Assembly (NCBI GenBank): GCA_030390025.1
Contig: CM059441.1
Coordinates: 56,234,001 to 56,298,000, forward strand
Source of the DNA: Squalus acanthias
Taxonomy: Eukaryota
Direction of reading: 5' to 3'
Length of the DNA stretch: 64,000 bases
The notes beneath the pieces are model-generated. The model searched no databases. It was not told the origin of the DNA and saw nothing but the letters and a program-made list of their open reading frames with translations. How positions within the stretch are numbered: position 1 is the first letter of the stretch; each line of letters begins with the position of its first letter. This document shows positions 60,826 to 64,000 of this stretch, piece by piece. The translations under genes and the position numbers were made by a program.

Positions 60826-61674
60826 GGCTCTGCTACAACCAAACACGCTCTTCATTTAAACAAACGGACACTACAATCAAATGCATGGTGAATTCTAAAT
60901 CTCCAAAGACAACCACATGCTCCAGCATCCAATCTACACTCCAACCGCACTACAACAACACCAACAACTTGCATTTTAATAGCGCCTTTAACGTAGTAAA
61001 ACATCCCAAGGCGCTTTACAGGAGCGATTATCAAACAAAATTTGGCAGCGAGCCACATAAGGAGATATTAGGGCAGATGACCAAAAGCTTGGTCAAACAG
61101 GTAGGTTTTAAGGAGCATCTTAAAGGGGGAGAGAGAGGTAGAGAGCCGGAGAGGTTTAGGGAGGTAATTCCAGAACTTGGGGCCTCCACAGCTGAAGGCA
61201 TGGCCACCAATGGTAAAACTCTACGGTAAACATAAAGCTGGCAGCTTTAAAACATAAAGTGGCAAAATCCCTCCCGTGCCTACTGGGTCACAGAATGTTG
61301 GAACCATGTTACTGTCATTTTTCAAATTCATGCCTGCGCATCATTTTTTTTTGTGTGGTTTAAATTGTTGTAATCCTGCCCGGGGATGGGATGATGCCAG
61401 TAACCAGCTTTAATAGTTCGTGATTCTTTCTGCGCCCACAGATCCAATTACTGCCCTCATATATATTTCTTCACACAGAGGGTTGTTATGATCTGGAACG
61501 CACGACTTGAAAGAGTGGTGGAATCAGATTCCACAGGGACTTTCAAAAGGCAACTGGACATGTACTTGAAGAGGACTAATTTGCAGGGCTATGGGGAAAA
61601 GCTGGGGTGTGGAACTGAATGGGGCAGCTCTTTCAAAGAGCCGGCAGAGGTGTGATGGGCTGAATGGCCTCATT

Positions 61675-62152
61675 CTTTTTAAAAATTTGTTTATGGGATG
61701 TGGGCGTCGCTGGGAAGGCCAGCATTTATTGCCCATCCCTAATTGCCCCTGAGAAGGTGGTGGTGAGCCGCCTTCTTGAACCGCTGCAGTCCATGTGGTG
61801 AAGGTACTCCCACAGTGCTGCTAGGTAGGGAGTTCCAGGATTTTGACCCAGTGACAATGAAGGATTGGCGATATACTTCTAAGTCAGGATGATGTGTGAC
61901 TTGGAGGGGAACTTGGAGGTGGTGGTGTTCCCATGCACCTGCTGCCCTTGTCCTTCTAGGTGGAAGAGGTTGCGGGTTTGGGAGGTGCTGCCGAAGAAGC
62001 CTTGGCGAGTTGCTGCAGTGCATCTTGTAGATGGTACACACTGCAGCCACGGTGCGCCGGTGGTGGAGGGAGTGAATGTTTAAGGTGGTGGATGGGGTGC
62101 CGATCAAGCGGGCTGCTTTGTCCTGGATGGTGTCGAGCTTCTTGAGTGTTGT
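61675..62152 (-). mobile_element. 3' fragment of the same LINE family as 18633-20237
   Basis: TTLKKLDTIQDKAARLIGTPSTTLNIHSLHHRRTVAAVCTIYKMHC; same 3' tail. Confidence 0.88.
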
Positions 62153-62697
62153 AGGATTCTCTGATTCTATATATTCATATTCCACTGAAAATTCATGGTG
62201 TTTTCTACCTTTTCTGGTGTGTTCGTTTAATGTTCTTGGCAGTTTGTTCATGTGTCGCTCTAGATTAATTGAGGAGAAATTCACGCTATTTTTGGGGTGA
62301 TTATTTTTTTTTGGGGTAGGGCAAGGTGGAAAAGAGAATCGGTCATAGGATTTCCATGACATTCGTTGTCTTATTAATTACAGTCTCTTTCTCACCTCGC
62401 ATCAGGGTAGAAAGTACTTGGTTAATGCACTAATGTAAAATTCATGCATGCACTATTTTATCGAGGTTAAAACTTCAATAAGTTAGCACATGTACACATT
62501 TAACACACATAAGACAATAGCAGGAGAAAATTTCGTACAAGTCCACAGTGCTGATTGGACAGGGAACTATATTAGGGGTACTTGATGTACCTGATGATAT
62601 TTGGGTCACTTGAAGGGACTTGCACTATAATTATGGAGCTTTTTTTATTAGATTAGAGCGAGATGATCAGAACTGGGAATGCCACTGCCTGATATAT

Positions 62698-63439
62698 GGC
62701 CCGGAATTTGTGGTCACCGGCAAAGCGAAGTCGCTCGCCGCTGGCCCCCGAAGAGAGCGGCCCACAAAGATCAAGCGATCTCTGTGGCGTCGATTTCAGC
62801 TCTCCCGACCTTTGTTGAATCTGGCGCCAAATCAAGCGAATCTCCAGCGTCCAGCAACAGTGATGTCATCAAGCAGGGCTGAGCAGCCAATCACATTGAA
62901 GAATTCTCACAGACTGCAAACCAAGAAGTAAAATGCACAGATACTAATTTTTATAATTTTACAGACAGCGAAATAAAGACTGGGACATACACTTAGGATT
63001 AAGGTAGAAGCTGAAATATGGTAAACAAACTTTCAAAAAAATATTATTTAAAAAAACATGTAATTCTTAATCACATTAATGGAAAATTTGACACTCCACA
63101 AATACAAAATTAGTTTTTTCAGGGCCTGAATGGTTGTTCAGTCAATATGTCATTAAAAACCCAGTTTCAACAAGGCTTAGCTTTTTCAGGGGGGGGGGGG
63201 ATGGGTTAACAGTGATATTCCAGCGTAATAGGGGAAGTTTTTGTTCCTATATGTGATTTCAATTGATTGCCGGCTGTAGGGAATTCCACAGCGCAACCTG
63301 TAGCGGAGCAGTGAATGACTGACCGCAACTTCAGGATTTCTGCATTTAGCTGCACATGTGCTCAATCCTGAAATTGCAGTCAGTTTCAGAGGGGTAATGA
63401 CGGCGAACGCTGACAATTTCTCCATCAAAATCCAGTCCC
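62698..63439. mobile_element. degenerate Harbinger-like MITE
   Basis: Imperfect TIRs GGCCCGGAATTTG / CAAAATCCAGTCC; GC-rich arms and AT-rich centre as in 9836-10542. Confidence 0.6.
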
Positions 63440-64000
63440 TAATATGGGACGGATTTTCTATAGCTATAGATGCAGTATATTTTATACGGAATAGTCATGG
63501 CATGGTATATATTGTGTGTGTGTGTGTATATAAACTAGAGACTATGGAAATGTACAGTACAGGTTATGTATGGGATAGATAGAGTTTTGTACATATATGA
63601 AATAGCCACTGACACACTAGAAGGGATGGTTAGTGGCTGGTGTATGTGACGTGCAAAATGTCACTTAAGTATTACAGTGGATGGTGTAGCTAATTGGAAA
63701 TATGGAGGATAGGAGGTGGGCTTTGGTGTGATCGCGCAATTATACAGAGAGTGAACTTGACCACATGGCACACGAGTGACAAACCTGTATTTGATCCATA
63801 AGTTTACCCATTGGAATTGGCTTGACCGACTGTTGGTTTTTGTCTTTGTCTTGAACTCTCAGTGACACCAGCAGTCTGATACTGCCTCACACAGTACAAA
63901 CGACCTGCAGAATCATTTGTCGATCATTTGGTCTGATTGTCAAATGTCACACAGGTGCTTTGCCCATGTGTTTGTTGTGGTGGATGTATAACTCTGCAGA

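Noticed and set aside
60517-61229. Hydrophobic or charged ORFs of 100-213 aa
   Set aside because: Translation of a CT-rich tract plus an L2 fragment

Overview
Eukaryotic, vertebrate DNA; the repeat content suggests a cartilaginous fish (shark-like CR1, Penelope and DeuSINE families). Two convergent host genes are present. The last two coding exons of DNA polymerase beta (POLB, + strand; 6767-6906 and 29629-29723) are separated by a ~22.7 kb intron. Exons 2-4 of a Dickkopf-4 orthologue (DKK4, - strand; 55881-56031, 39382-39540, 34200-34453) match the tail-to-tail POLB/DKK4 arrangement known from human 8p11; DKK4 exon 1 could not be identified with confidence. Almost all long ORFs belong to transposons. 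CR1 LINEs include one with intact ORF1 (zinc finger/leucine zipper + SGNH esterase) and ORF2 nested in an older CR1, one full-length copy with a duplicated 5' UTR, and several truncated or nested copies. Also present: Penelope-like elements carrying minimal hammerhead ribozymes, PIF/Harbinger MITEs with 3-bp TSDs next to a Harbinger transposase remnant, tRNA-derived SINEs (one expanded into a 33-bp minisatellite), a tRNA-headed internally deleted LINE, L2 fragments and a 67-bp palindromic array. No prokaryotic system or CRISPR array is present. I cannot support a wholly new system; the best leads are the ribozymes, the tRNA-headed LINE, the possibly active CR1, the SINE-derived minisatellite and the DKK4 gene itself.
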